From an uncultured Planctomycetales bacterium (GTDB lineage: Bacteria > Omnitrophota > Gorgyraeia > Gygaellales > Profunditerraquicolaceae): a DNA stretch of 64,000 nt. Below the pieces are notes generated by a model. The model was not told the DNA's origin. It saw only the letters and a program-made list of their open reading frames with translations, and ran no database searches. Where the stretch lies: positions 157,884-221,883 of the forward strand of contig CAYRUB010000001.1 of the NCBI GenBank assembly GCA_964427405.1. The letters are read 5' to 3'. Both the position numbers and the translations under genes were made by a program. Shown in pieces: positions 49,558 through 58,975 of this stretch (position 1 is its first letter; every line of letters begins with the position of its first letter).

Positions 49558-49882
49558 TAACTTTTATCACTTTCGGTTTAATTTTCTTTGTTAGTCCATC
49601 CTCAAGCAATACATACGAAACAATGATAACCTGATCACCCGGACAAGCTCCCCTGGCAGCCGCGCCATTCAAACAGACCACGCCGCTTCCGGATTTACCT
49701 TTAATCACATATGTCTCAATACGCTGTCCGCTGCTAAGATTAAGCACCTCTACCTTTTCATACTCCAGCATATCCGCTGCCCGGATTAGATCCGCATCAA
49801 TAGTAATACTGCCTTCATAGTAAAGATTGGCTTCAGTCACCGTTGCCCTGTGAATCTTGGATTTCAACATAGTTCTTAACAT
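49532..49882 (-). CDS. panD: aspartate 1-decarboxylase
   Basis: KSKIHRA...[14 protein letters not shown]. Confidence 0.97.
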   Translation of the reverse strand: MLRTMLKSKIHRATVTEANLYYEGSITIDADLIRAADMLEYEKVEVLNLSSGQRIETYVIKGKSGSGVVCLNGAAARGACPGDQVIIVSYVLLEDGLTKKIKPKVIKVNARNQIKD

Positions 49883-49971
49883 TTTATTTTCTCCTTACCC
49901 ACAAAGGGTACACCGGCCACTTGCGCTACCTAGCGCACACCGACGCAATACATATTGGCGTCGGGTGCCCT

Positions 49972-51036
49972 CTAAAGCCGGGTGTTAATCAACTTATACG
50001 TCTGGCGAGCAATCATCAACTCTTCATTTGTAGGGATTACCATAATCTTTGGTTTCTTACCCAAACAACTAAATAATCCCCGGCAAATATTATTTCTGAT
50101 ACTCGGCTGATTCTCCCCTATCCCTGCGGTAAATATCAAAGCATCCAATCCGCCCAAAACTGATAAATAAGCGCCGATGTATTTCCTGACACGGTAAACG
50201 AATATATCTATAGCAAGCCTGGCGCGCTTATTCCCTGCGTTAGCCTTTATTTCAAGGACACGCATATCATTACTAATCCCGGATATCCCTTTTAATCCGC
50301 TTTCTTTATTTAAAATACGCTCCATATCCTGAGCATCTATTTTTTTCTTACGCATGATATGCGTAACCAACGCAGGGTCAACATCCCCGCAGCGCGTACC
50401 CATAACTAAACCCTCTAAGGGCGTAAACCCCATACTTGTGTCCAAAGATTTACCCTTATCAATCGCAGTAATACTACAGCCATTACCTAAATGACAGCTA
50501 ATTAATTTTAATTTATTGAGTGGCTTCTTGAGTATCCGGCTGGCTTCCGCAGCAACATACTCGTGGCTGGTACCATGAAAACCATATTTTCTTACCTTAA
50601 GCTTCTGGTAATAATCATACGGCAGGCCATATATATAAGCATGAACCGGAATACTCTGATGAAACGCCGTATCAAAAACCGCAACCTGCCTTACTCCTGG
50701 TAAAAGTTTTTTGCAGGCAAGTATCCCGGATAAATTCGCCGGATTGTGCAAAGGAGCAATGGCGCAGCACTCCTTAATCCCGTTTATTACCTTCTGGTTA
50801 ACGACCGCCGGTTTCTTAAACTTTTCCGCGCCATGCACTACACGGTGGCCTACGGCCTCAACAGAATCAAATTTCTCCAGTATGGTCTTTAAACCAGAAT
50901 AATGGTTGGCAAATTTAGAGCCTTTCTCTCCTATATGTTCAAGCGCGCCTTTTAAAATCAAGCGCTCTCCGGGCATATCAAAAAGTTTATATTTAATTGA
51001 TGAGCTTCCGCTGTTAATTATTAATATCTTCATCAT
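49972..51036 (-). CDS. ackA: acetate kinase
   Basis: NSGSSS.K, GHRVVHG, YGFHGTSH, TAGIGEN. Confidence 0.96.
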   Translation of the reverse strand: MMKILIINSGSSSIKYKLFDMPGERLILKGALEHIGEKGSKFANHYSGLKTILEKFDSVEAVGHRVVHGAEKFKKPAVVNQKVINGIKECCAIAPLHNPANLSGILACKKLLPGVRQVAVFDTAFHQSIPVHAYIYGLPYDYYQKLKVRKYGFHGTSHEYVAAEASRILKKPLNKLKLISCHLGNGCSITAIDKGKSLDTSMGFTPLEGLVMGTRCGDVDPALVTHIMRKKKIDAQDMERILNKESGLKGISGISNDMRVLEIKANAGNKRARLAIDIFVYRVRKYIGAYLSVLGGLDALIFTAGIGENQPSIRNNICRGLFSCLGKKPKIMVIPTNEELMIARQTYKLINTRL

Positions 51037-51965
51037 TGGGCCCTTATTGCCGAAACTGCCACGCTATCTACGATATCCTGCGCGAAACAACCCCGGGATA
51101 AATCACTTGCCGGTTTATTGAGTCCTAAAAACAACGGGCCGATAGCACGGCAACCGCTGAGCCGCTGTGAAAGCTTATAACTAATATTTCCCGCCTCAAG
51201 GTTAGGAAAAATAAGCACATTGGCTTTTCCTTTTATCGGGCTATCCGGGCATTTTATTTTAGCTACCTCTGGGACAATTGCAGCATCCGCCTGCAATTCT
51301 CCATCAGCTAAGATCCCGGGCGATTGCGCTTTAAGCAAGGCCAGGGCCTCGGCTATTTTTTCCGCAGATTTTGTTTTGGCTGAACCTTTGGTAGAATAAC
51401 TTAAAAAAGCTATACGCGGAGTAATATCCAATACTTTACCCGCTAATTCCGCAGCAGTTAAGGCAATACAGGATAGCTGACGGGCGTTGGGATCGGGGAT
51501 AACCCCGCAATCCGCATAAATAAACGTACCATTATCTCCATACTGATTACCCGGAAGATCCATAATGAAACAGCTTGAGGCAATAGTAAAACGCTCATCT
51601 AAACCTATGCAGCGTATGCAGGCGCGGGTTACATCCGCGGTAGTATGCATCGCCCCCGCAACCAAGCCATCGGCCTTACCCTGGCGGGTCATCATCGCCG
51701 CATAATAAAGATTATCCGAAAAGAGCTTTTTTACTGTATCCAGGCTAATATCTTTAGATTGATATAATTTATAATACTCCTCTATATAGCCGTCCAATTG
51801 GTTTTTATCAATCATCTCAGGAGTTAAAACCAGCGGTTTGGCAATTTTTTCCTGCTCGACAATATGAGCAGCCTCCAGCGTCCTTTTATCTTCATATTCC
51901 GGAAGGACAATTGTCATAAGTTTTCTTTTTTTAGCCAGGTTCCGAATCCGATTAATTGCATCCAT
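51033..51965 (-). CDS. pta: phosphate acetyltransferase
   Basis: DGELQADAA, FPNLEAGNI, DLSRG. Confidence 0.95.
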   Translation of the reverse strand: MDAINRIRNLAKKRKLMTIVLPEYEDKRTLEAAHIVEQEKIAKPLVLTPEMIDKNQLDGYIEEYYKLYQSKDISLDTVKKLFSDNLYYAAMMTRQGKADGLVAGAMHTTADVTRACIRCIGLDERFTIASSCFIMDLPGNQYGDNGTFIYADCGVIPDPNARQLSCIALTAAELAGKVLDITPRIAFLSYSTKGSAKTKSAEKIAEALALLKAQSPGILADGELQADAAIVPEVAKIKCPDSPIKGKANVLIFPNLEAGNISYKLSQRLSGCRAIGPLFLGLNKPASDLSRGCFAQDIVDSVAVSAIRAQ

Positions 51966-51966
51966 T

Positions 51967-53058
51967 TTAAATTCCTTTCAAAATTTTCTTAAAATCAACA
52001 TTTTCCTTAATTAATTTGATTACGGTATTAATTTTATCTTTATCGCACGAGCGGATCTTTACCGTCAAATCATGCAAACAAGTAGCCACATCATAAGTAT
52101 CAGACTTGGCTAGCAAAACAGGTATCTCGGCCTTGGATAAAAGGTTCATAATCGGCGGCTCCGGAGTAATCCCCCCGGTTAAAATCATCCCGCTGATTTT
52201 TAATTTATTATTACCGGCATCCCTAAAGCTGCTAAGGCCGCAGATAATCATATCTTCCCGGTCGCCGGGCGTGATCATAAGGCTATCTTCGCTGATATAG
52301 CGCGCCGCATCGCGCGCCTCCATTGCCGCGACAATCACCTTGGCGACTGAACGCTCCAGATACTCATTTCCACAAATTACCTGAAAATCCGTTTCTTCCA
52401 AAATCTGCTCAAAGGTAGGCCGTGCGAGCATGGGATTAAAAGGCAAAACACCTAAAACATCAATCCCCTTTCTTTCCAACCCCTTTCTTACCAGGCGGCT
52501 TATCTTTTCGAACTTATCAGGCAAGACTTTATTTACAATTACCCCTAGGACCTTAACTCCTTCTTTTTCAAAAAGAGCCTTGTTTAGAATAATCTCGTCA
52601 ATCGGACGGCCAACCCCGCCGGAAGAAATAATAATTACCTTTGAACCTAAGAGCCTGGCAACGGAAGCATTGGAATGGTCAAACACCGAACCAACCCCGG
52701 CATGCCCCGTGCCTTCAATTACCACTAATTCCTGATTTTTAGAAATCCTGCGGAAAGAATTCTGAATTTGACCGGAGATATTTTTTTTATCCGGTTTCAT
52801 GATATATTTTTCAGTAAAACCTTTCTCTACCGCAATCGGACTCATATCCTTGAGCCCGGATTTTATCCCGCAAACTTCTTCGATAAGGATAGAATCCTCA
52901 TCGATCTTTAAACCTTCTTCCTCGAGATAACGCTGCCCGATAGGTTTGATAAAACCTACTTTGCCGAATTTCTCCTGCAGGTTTTTGATTATTCCCAAAG
53001 AAACCGTGGTCTTGCCGTCATTTTGTTTAGTGGCGGCAATAAAGATTTTACGCATCAA
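51967..53058 (-). CDS. AAA_26/DRTGG protein (BioD-like N-terminal Pta domain)
   Basis: GKTT, KPIG, GDR...LTGG. Confidence 0.85.
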   Translation of the reverse strand: MMRKIFIAATKQNDGKTTVSLGIIKNLQEKFGKVGFIKPIGQRYLEEEGLKIDEDSILIEEVCGIKSGLKDMSPIAVEKGFTEKYIMKPDKKNISGQIQNSFRRISKNQELVVIEGTGHAGVGSVFDHSNASVARLLGSKVIIISSGGVGRPIDEIILNKALFEKEGVKVLGVIVNKVLPDKFEKISRLVRKGLERKGIDVLGVLPFNPMLARPTFEQILEETDFQVICGNEYLERSVAKVIVAAMEARDAARYISEDSLMITPGDREDMIICGLSSFRDAGNNKLKISGMILTGGITPEPPIMNLLSKAEIPVLLAKSDTYDVATCLHDLTVKIRSCDKDKINTVIKLIKENVDFKKILKGI

Positions 53059-53375
53059 AGATTTTCTTCTATATTACGCTTTAAATCAAGCTTACTGACT
53101 GCACCATTAATCTGGTTTAAAACCTTTCCATTTTTAAAAAATATAATGGTGGGAATTGACATAATTCCATATTCAGTGGCGACTTTGGAATTAGCATCAA
53201 CATCTACCTTACCGATTTTCATCTTGCCCACATACTCCTTAGCTAATTCATCAATATGCGGGGCAATCATCTTGCATGGACCGCACCAGCTAGCCCAAAA
53301 ATCGACTAAAGTTGGCAGAGTTGACTCTAATACCTCTTTTTTGAAATTAGCATCTGTAAAATGTAGCGTACTCAT
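53055..53375 (-). CDS. trxA: thioredoxin
   Basis: WCGPC. Confidence 0.96.
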   Translation of the reverse strand: MSTLHFTDANFKKEVLESTLPTLVDFWASWCGPCKMIAPHIDELAKEYVGKMKIGKVDVDANSKVATEYGIMSIPTIIFFKNGKVLNQINGAVSKLDLKRNIEENL

Positions 53376-53599
53376 AGCTGTAATCCTTCACATTAAAAGG
53401 GTTAATAAATTGGTAGGTCGTAATAAATTATCACAAACGCGGGTTAATTGCAAGAATTTTCATGAGGGCATAATTTATGGAGGCGCAAGCTGACATAAGT
53501 TATCTGCCCGAATGAATACCCGCAGTTACGAACAAATTTCGAAGAAATTTGTGAGCGATTAACTGCGGGTATATTGCTATTAAAGAAAGGTGATTAATT

Positions 53600-55177
53600 C
53601 TATTTCCTAGACATAATCAGCTGTAACTGTTCTGAATAGTATCCGGCGGTGAAAGAATCCAGCGAAGCAGTCAGTTCTTCAAGTTTTAGCTGCTTATCAA
53701 ACCTTTTATTTCTATCTTCAATGGGCAGATTATCCAACTCAGATTTTACTCTTAAACGCTCAAAATAAAGCTTGTTTACCTCATCCAGGATGTCATCGCG
53801 CAACTCCACCATAAGCTTTGAACGCACATCAATACTAGTCTGATCATCATTCCAGATGAACTCACCTAAATCCCAACTTAAGGCTACATCCCAGTCTATA
53901 CTGTCGCGCCCCCTCCTTAATAGATCATCACCACTCTGGCCGATAGAAGTAGACCCGCTCTCCCAATGCCATAGATCAGTTGAGTTACGATCTAATCCAA
54001 TACTTACCTGAGGCAATAACGCTTTTTTTGCCGCCATCTTTCTCCATTGGGATATTTTTTCCGGATTTACTTCAGCATACTTTATCGCTGCCTCCTGAAC
54101 ATCCCTGATTTTTGGTTCATATTTAAGATACTCCTGGACTAAAACCTGACCTGAAATATTATAAGAATTTCTCCGGCTGGATTTGAATATCCCCTTTTCT
54201 CCCGCAACATAAATATCATCCTTACCGTCTAAAGAAATGTAGTTTAATTTCCCTGCGGCTAAATCAAAAGAAACTTCTACCCAGCGCTCATCTTGATAAA
54301 GAAAAACTCCTGTCTGGGTAAGGCCAAAAATCCGGGAATCAACCGATATGCATAACATTTTTACATCATGGCTCAATAAACCATATTCAGTTAACTTGCT
54401 CCAAGTTTCCCCCTGGTCCAAGCTTTTATAGACTCCTTTGGCGCTGGAAAAATACACACCATTGATATTATTGATATCGGCTTTTACAAAGCGCATATCA
54501 GATGAAGTTTCTTCTTGATTCGCTTTCTCAACATCGACAGCCTCTTCCTGGTTATCATTTTTAGCGTAACTGATAAAAACCCTCTCCCAGTTTTCCCCGC
54601 TGTCCGGAGATTTGAATATTCCGCGATTAGCAGCTAAATAAATAACTTTATCCTGCCTAGAATTAAAATCAACATTAAACACAACAGAATTACCTATTCT
54701 ACCATTCTCCCTGTGCCAACTCCGTGCGTTATCCCTGCTTATAAAAAGCCCGGCTTTTGTACCAACAAAAATAACATACGGAGTAGCCAATACAGCAGTA
54801 CATTGGTTCTCTATACTATTCTTACCCCGAAAAACCCTTTCCCAATGTTCACCTAAATCTTTACTGCGGTATAAACCATTATCGGTAGCCGCATAAATAA
54901 CGTTTTTGTTGGATGAATCAAATACCAGAACATTGATATTATTTAATCCGCCTCTTATAGCTAATACCCTGCGCCAACTTTCACCTGCATTATCACTTTT
55001 CAGTATACTCCCGGCAACTCCTGCTAAAATAATTCTACTGTCCCGCGAACTAACCATAATCACCTGCCCGTCATGATTGCCCCTGCTTATATCCTCCCAG
55101 GTAAAATCTTGCGCTAAAAGAATACCTGGCAAAATAACTAAGCATACCATTGCAAAACTTATAATTTTCTTACGCAT
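53600..55177 (-). CDS. secreted BNR/beta-propeller protein with C-terminal helical domain
   Basis: Repeated SxDxGxxW; signal peptide. Confidence 0.75.
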   Translation of the reverse strand: MRKKIISFAMVCLVILPGILLAQDFTWEDISRGNHDGQVIMVSSRDSRIILAGVAGSILKSDNAGESWRRVLAIRGGLNNINVLVFDSSNKNVIYAATDNGLYRSKDLGEHWERVFRGKNSIENQCTAVLATPYVIFVGTKAGLFISRDNARSWHRENGRIGNSVVFNVDFNSRQDKVIYLAANRGIFKSPDSGENWERVFISYAKNDNQEEAVDVEKANQEETSSDMRFVKADINNINGVYFSSAKGVYKSLDQGETWSKLTEYGLLSHDVKMLCISVDSRIFGLTQTGVFLYQDERWVEVSFDLAAGKLNYISLDGKDDIYVAGEKGIFKSSRRNSYNISGQVLVQEYLKYEPKIRDVQEAAIKYAEVNPEKISQWRKMAAKKALLPQVSIGLDRNSTDLWHWESGSTSIGQSGDDLLRRGRDSIDWDVALSWDLGEFIWNDDQTSIDVRSKLMVELRDDILDEVNKLYFERLRVKSELDNLPIEDRNKRFDKQLKLEELTASLDSFTAGYYSEQLQLIMSRK

Positions 55178-55283
55178 TTTACACCTCCTGCCATAATTGA
55201 CGCAGAAGGGGAAAAAATCTAACAAAAAAAAGGCGCCCTTTATTCAAGGACGCCTTTTTAATTTTAGGCTTATATTCTTTTAA

Positions 55284-55706
55284 TTACCAGAGCCAGGCCC
55301 TTATCTTATCATCAGCTGCCTTCCAGGCATATTCCGGTTTCATTACCGGTTTAGTATATGAAGGAACGGGAAAAGTAGCCGTATCATAGATTGCGGTCAC
55401 GCCGCGTATAGCGCTGGTGATTACTCCATTTACTACCCCAACAGTTACTCCGGCTGCAGGATCCTGTTCATTAGAAACTTTAGCTACTTCAGCAGGAAGC
55501 TCCATCCAAAATGTAGCCAAATTGATTACCCCACGCTCTAGCTTATTAACCGGAGTATTGCTATATGAGATATCATCTCGGTCAAACTGCATAGGAGGAG
55601 AGGAAAAAGTAAAATCTTCATCAGCTCCATTATCATAGCAATATCCAATAGTTAAGCCCCCAAAGATTAATACGAGTACGCTTAGAATCAAAATCAAGTT
55701 TTTCAT
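55284..55706 (-). CDS. TIGR04073-like (exosortase-system-associated) protein
   Basis: KLERG..N......ELP...G...R...ATFP. Confidence 0.7.
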   Translation of the reverse strand: MKNLILILSVLVLIFGGLTIGYCYDNGADEDFTFSSPPMQFDRDDISYSNTPVNKLERGVINLATFWMELPAEVAKVSNEQDPAAGVTVGVVNGVITSAIRGVTAIYDTATFPVPSYTKPVMKPEYAWKAADDKIRAWLW

Positions 55707-55969
55707 CAGTTTCCTCCTTTTTTAATCTCTAACCTGCTTAATTGACGTGATAACTTCTCCTTAAAAGACTTAGCTGAATCTATCTTTTCCCCGGATATCC
55801 CTGCTTCCATAGCAAAATCAATCAGGCCTCGCAAGATATCGTTATAGGAAAGTTTATGGCCAGTAGAGAATAAAGCATCTTTACCTAATTTGTCAAGATA
55901 ATCCATCTCTTGCCGGCCTAACATGGTGATTACTCTATGCGTAACGACTTGCCCCCCATTACTTTGCAT
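55706..55969 (-). CDS. hypothetical protein
   Basis: SD GGGAGGT; TGATG coupling to the next gene. Confidence 0.6.
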   Translation of the reverse strand: MQSNGGQVVTHRVITMLGRQEMDYLDKLGKDALFSTGHKLSYNDILRGLIDFAMEAGISGEKIDSAKSFKEKLSRQLSRLEIKKGGN

Positions 55970-56030
55970 ATTTAACCACCTCCCTTATTATAAGTAGAGA
56001 ATACAAAAAATCAAGTAAAATTTTACTATT

Positions 56031-56150
56031 TTAGCGCCGAATACCAAATAATGGCATTCCCTCAAACAACCTCAATGCCTTGAGAAAGTTCATATGCTTT
56101 TTATGCTGCTTCTTAGCTCTGGCCAAAACTTTATGTAAAATTCTCTTCAT
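56031..56150 (-). CDS. 39-aa basic peptide (MKRILHKVLARAKKQHKK...)
   Basis: Manual ORF just downstream of the riboswitch terminator; purine-rich SD. Confidence 0.4.
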   Translation of the reverse strand: MKRILHKVLARAKKQHKKHMNFLKALRLFEGMPLFGIRR

Positions 56151-56220
56151 TTCGAGCCCCCTTTCTCCGGATGGTCTATAAAAACAAAAAACCCTAAAAG
56201 GCATATTTTAGGGTTTTATC

Positions 56221-56306
56221 CCTACTTGGCAACCCCGCTTTCCTCTCTTAAGAGGATCGGAAGCTTTGCGCCCCAGCATTACTGCTAGTTAGCCTTTGTC
56301 ATTAGG
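56221..56306 (-). ncRNA. cyclic di-GMP-I (GEMM-I) riboswitch
   Basis: GGCTAAC...GGGCGCAAAGCTTCCG...AGCGGGGTTGCC; terminator at 56180-56217; TTGACA-17-TAAATT upstream. Confidence 0.8.
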
Positions 56307-56429
56307 TTGTGCAAAATACCAAATTGTCAAAATGTCAATTTACATATAGAATTTAACATATTTTTTACCATTTGTCAAGGGGGCTGGATCTATTTAATCC
56401 AACCCCCTCTTCATTTGCCTGCATTAGTC

Positions 56430-57254
56430 CTAAGTGACTGCAAACTCTTGCTTTACAGAACGCCTCCCGGCTGGTGAGGTTTGTTTTAACAAAAGTTCTT
56501 TTGCCTTTAATGCCACCTTTTTACCGGAATAAAGCATACTTCCGAATGTTGGCCCCATCCGTGGCAGGCCATAAACAGTTGAAACCGCCATCCCGCAAAC
56601 CAACAACCCCGGGTAAACCTCCCCTGTTTTCTCAACCACCGCATCTTCTGAGATATTTATATCCATCGGCCCAAAAGTTTCCATATTAAGTAACTTACGT
56701 TTTTCAAGGCTTTTACAAACCCAGGCATCATGGCCTGTAGCATCAATAACCAGCTTAGATTCCAGTGATATCGGATCTACACAAGTAATAGCCCTGGGCA
56801 ACGCTGAAACTGGAGTCCAATTAATTACCGCTCCTTCAACCTTTTTATTACGCAAAACTACATCATCAAATTTAGTCATGTTCAAGATCCTGACACCCGC
56901 ATCGCAAGACGCGGAAATCAGCTTAGAGCAGGCATTCGGGCCATCAGCAACAAACAACCCTTTCTCTACCTCTTTATAAGGAATCTTGAGTTCATCTAAA
57001 ATCTCCTGAGAAGGAGCGCGAAAGGTCAATGGATTCATTAGGTATCCGCCAATCCAAAAACCACCCCCGATATAATTATTACTTTCCACGATTAAAGTTT
57101 TATAGCCATCCCTGGCTAAATCCCCGCCCGCGATCAGGCCGCTTGGTCCGCCGCCGATAATTATTACATCAGAAACAATGTAATCCGTAAACCAGCGCGT
57201 AAATTCACCGACAATGGCTCTGGATATTTGCGCTTCACTTATCTTCTTAAACAT
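56430..57254 (-). CDS. thi4: Thi4-type thiazole synthase
   Basis: GGGPSG, GGGFWIGG, DATGH, RMGPTFG. Confidence 0.92.
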   Translation of the reverse strand: MFKKISEAQISRAIVGEFTRWFTDYIVSDVIIIGGGPSGLIAGGDLARDGYKTLIVESNNYIGGGFWIGGYLMNPLTFRAPSQEILDELKIPYKEVEKGLFVADGPNACSKLISASCDAGVRILNMTKFDDVVLRNKKVEGAVINWTPVSALPRAITCVDPISLESKLVIDATGHDAWVCKSLEKRKLLNMETFGPMDINISEDAVVEKTGEVYPGLLVCGMAVSTVYGLPRMGPTFGSMLYSGKKVALKAKELLLKQTSPAGRRSVKQEFAVT

Positions 57255-57370
57255 ATTTCCTCCTTCTACTTCCTCCTACCTTGCCCAAACTGATGGGCAA
57301 GTATGTTGCCCCTGCAACAAAAAAACCCTTACGCCAAATGCATAAGGGTTATAAAAACTAAATCGCCTCC

Positions 57371-57460
57371 TTCCCTCCGCTGGCATTATCCAGATCAGGT
57401 TCACAAGGGTAATCCGCTTATTACGCGGAACTCTCAGGCCGGTTAACCGACCTCCCCATA
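57371..57460 (-). ncRNA. TPP riboswitch
   Basis: CTGAGA...ACCCTT..GAACCTGATCTGGATAATGCCAGCGGAGGGAA upstream of thi4; terminator at 57318-57351. Confidence 0.93.
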
Positions 57461-57559
57461 AATTTTATATATTAAAACATTGTTTAAGTAAAATGTCAAC
57501 CGATTCTTGATAAATAAAGGAGAGGGGGAGGGAATCTCCCCCTCTCCTTTACCGCTATC

Positions 57560-57775
57560 TTAACAACTACACTTTGCGCCGCATTTAGCATCTGCGCATT
57601 TACAGCCACCTTTAGTACAACAGGCGCCCTTACATACACATTTTCCATCGACACAACAGCTTGTCTTTGTACATGTGCAGTTTTTCTTTACACAACAGGA
57701 ATCCGCTGCCCAAACATAACTATTAGCGCAAAACATAGCCAAAACAAACGCACTTATAAATAGATATTTTTTCAT
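57560..57775 (-). CDS. secreted Cys-rich metallothionein-like peptide
   Basis: Signal peptide followed by 15 Cys in 48 aa; SD AGGAGG. Confidence 0.65.
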   Translation of the reverse strand: MKKYLFISAFVLAMFCANSYVWAADSCCVKKNCTCTKTSCCVDGKCVCKGACCTKGGCKCADAKCGAKCSC

Positions 57776-57809
57776 TATAAACCTCCTTAAAATAAAGTAT
57801 CAAATAAAA

Positions 57810-58127
57810 TTAAGAGAGGCTGACTTTCGGTGGGTGAAAAATGTCTTCGGTAGAAAGATAAACATAGGTAAAACGTGGTTTAGAAACAAAAAAACCTAAG
57901 AAAGCCAGTTTAGGCAATATGCCGCTCTTGAGCAAATAAACTTGAAACGGCGCGGAATAACTGCAAAAACATATCTTAGTATTTTCATGGCATTTGTTTG
58001 AGCTATGGCATTTATTGTCACAACAGGGACAGCCCTGATGCGTGCTGGCATAAACATGTTCAACTAGTGAGCCAGTTACCAAGGCAAAAATCATAAAAAT
58101 AACCAACGCCCTTACCGTATTCTTCAT
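57810..58127 (-). CDS. DUF2946-like small exported Cys/His protein ending IFHPPK
   Basis: Signal peptide, CPCC...CH...CH...CFC, HPP near the C-terminus. Confidence 0.5.
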   Translation of the reverse strand: MKNTVRALVIFMIFALVTGSLVEHVYASTHQGCPCCDNKCHSSNKCHENTKICFCSYSAPFQVYLLKSGILPKLAFLGFFVSKPRFTYVYLSTEDIFHPPKVSLS

Positions 58128-58167
58128 AGTTAAAGTATACCTTATTCCACCATCTGAAACAACAAAG

Positions 58168-58347
58168 TTAGCCAAAAAATTTATCACCCTTGGCCCAATT
58201 CTCTCCGCTTACTTCATCAATAACCAGATAGAGGCTCTCCTTAGGCTTGCCAGCGACCTTTAACAATGTATCGGAAAATTCCTTAGCGATCTTTTCTTTT
58301 TGATCCTTGCTCAACTTTCCCACTAGCTTCAAATTAATATAAGGCAT
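58168..58347 (-). CDS. 4-oxalocrotonate tautomerase-family protein
   Basis: Manual ORF MPYINLK...VIDEV..ENWAKG with Pro-1; absent from ORF track. Confidence 0.88.
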   Translation of the reverse strand: MPYINLKLVGKLSKDQKEKIAKEFSDTLLKVAGKPKESLYLVIDEVSGENWAKGDKFFG

Positions 58348-58372
58348 ATTCCCTCCAGAAATTAAAACCTTG

Positions 58373-58975
58373 TTATTCTTTTGAAATTAAGAATATCCCG
58401 GTTTGCGCGAACAAATTAGGCAAAAACGGGATCCTTCTTGTCTGGCCGATACAAACACTACGCTCGATATTAATATCCTTTAAGCGGCAGTATTTCTTAA
58501 AATCAGATATACTTAAGAAGTGCAAGTTTGGTGTCTCATACCATTGATAAGGAAGCGCTCCAGTCACCGGAGTCCTTCCCTGGAAAAACATCTGCAACCT
58601 TGATTTATAATGCGCGAAGTTAGGAAAACCTACAACTACCTTCTTTCCCACCCGCAAAGCATCAATAAGCACCTTATCCACGTGAAGGATCTGCTGCAAA
58701 CTTTGATTAAGCACCACGTAATCAAAAGACTTATCGTTAAATTCAGTCAGACCGCTATCAACATCACCGTGAAAAACATTTAGCCCTTTAGCTACGCATT
58801 TATAGATCTCCTGTTCATCAATTTCAATACCCTGAGCGCGGGCATTCTTCTCCTTGATTAAAAGGTACAAAAGATCCCCATTACCGCAACCTAAATCTAA
58901 AACCGTTGATTGCGGTTTAATCAAATCAAGAATTACCTCATGGTCCAGCTGAATATCTTTACGCGCCATAATCAC
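58373..58975 (-). CDS. metW: methionine biosynthesis protein MetW
   Basis: VLDLGCG, FPNF.H, WY.TPNLH; next to metX. Confidence 0.93.
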   Translation of the reverse strand: MIMARKDIQLDHEVILDLIKPQSTVLDLGCGNGDLLYLLIKEKNARAQGIEIDEQEIYKCVAKGLNVFHGDVDSGLTEFNDKSFDYVVLNQSLQQILHVDKVLIDALRVGKKVVVGFPNFAHYKSRLQMFFQGRTPVTGALPYQWYETPNLHFLSISDFKKYCRLKDINIERSVCIGQTRRIPFLPNLFAQTGIFLISKE

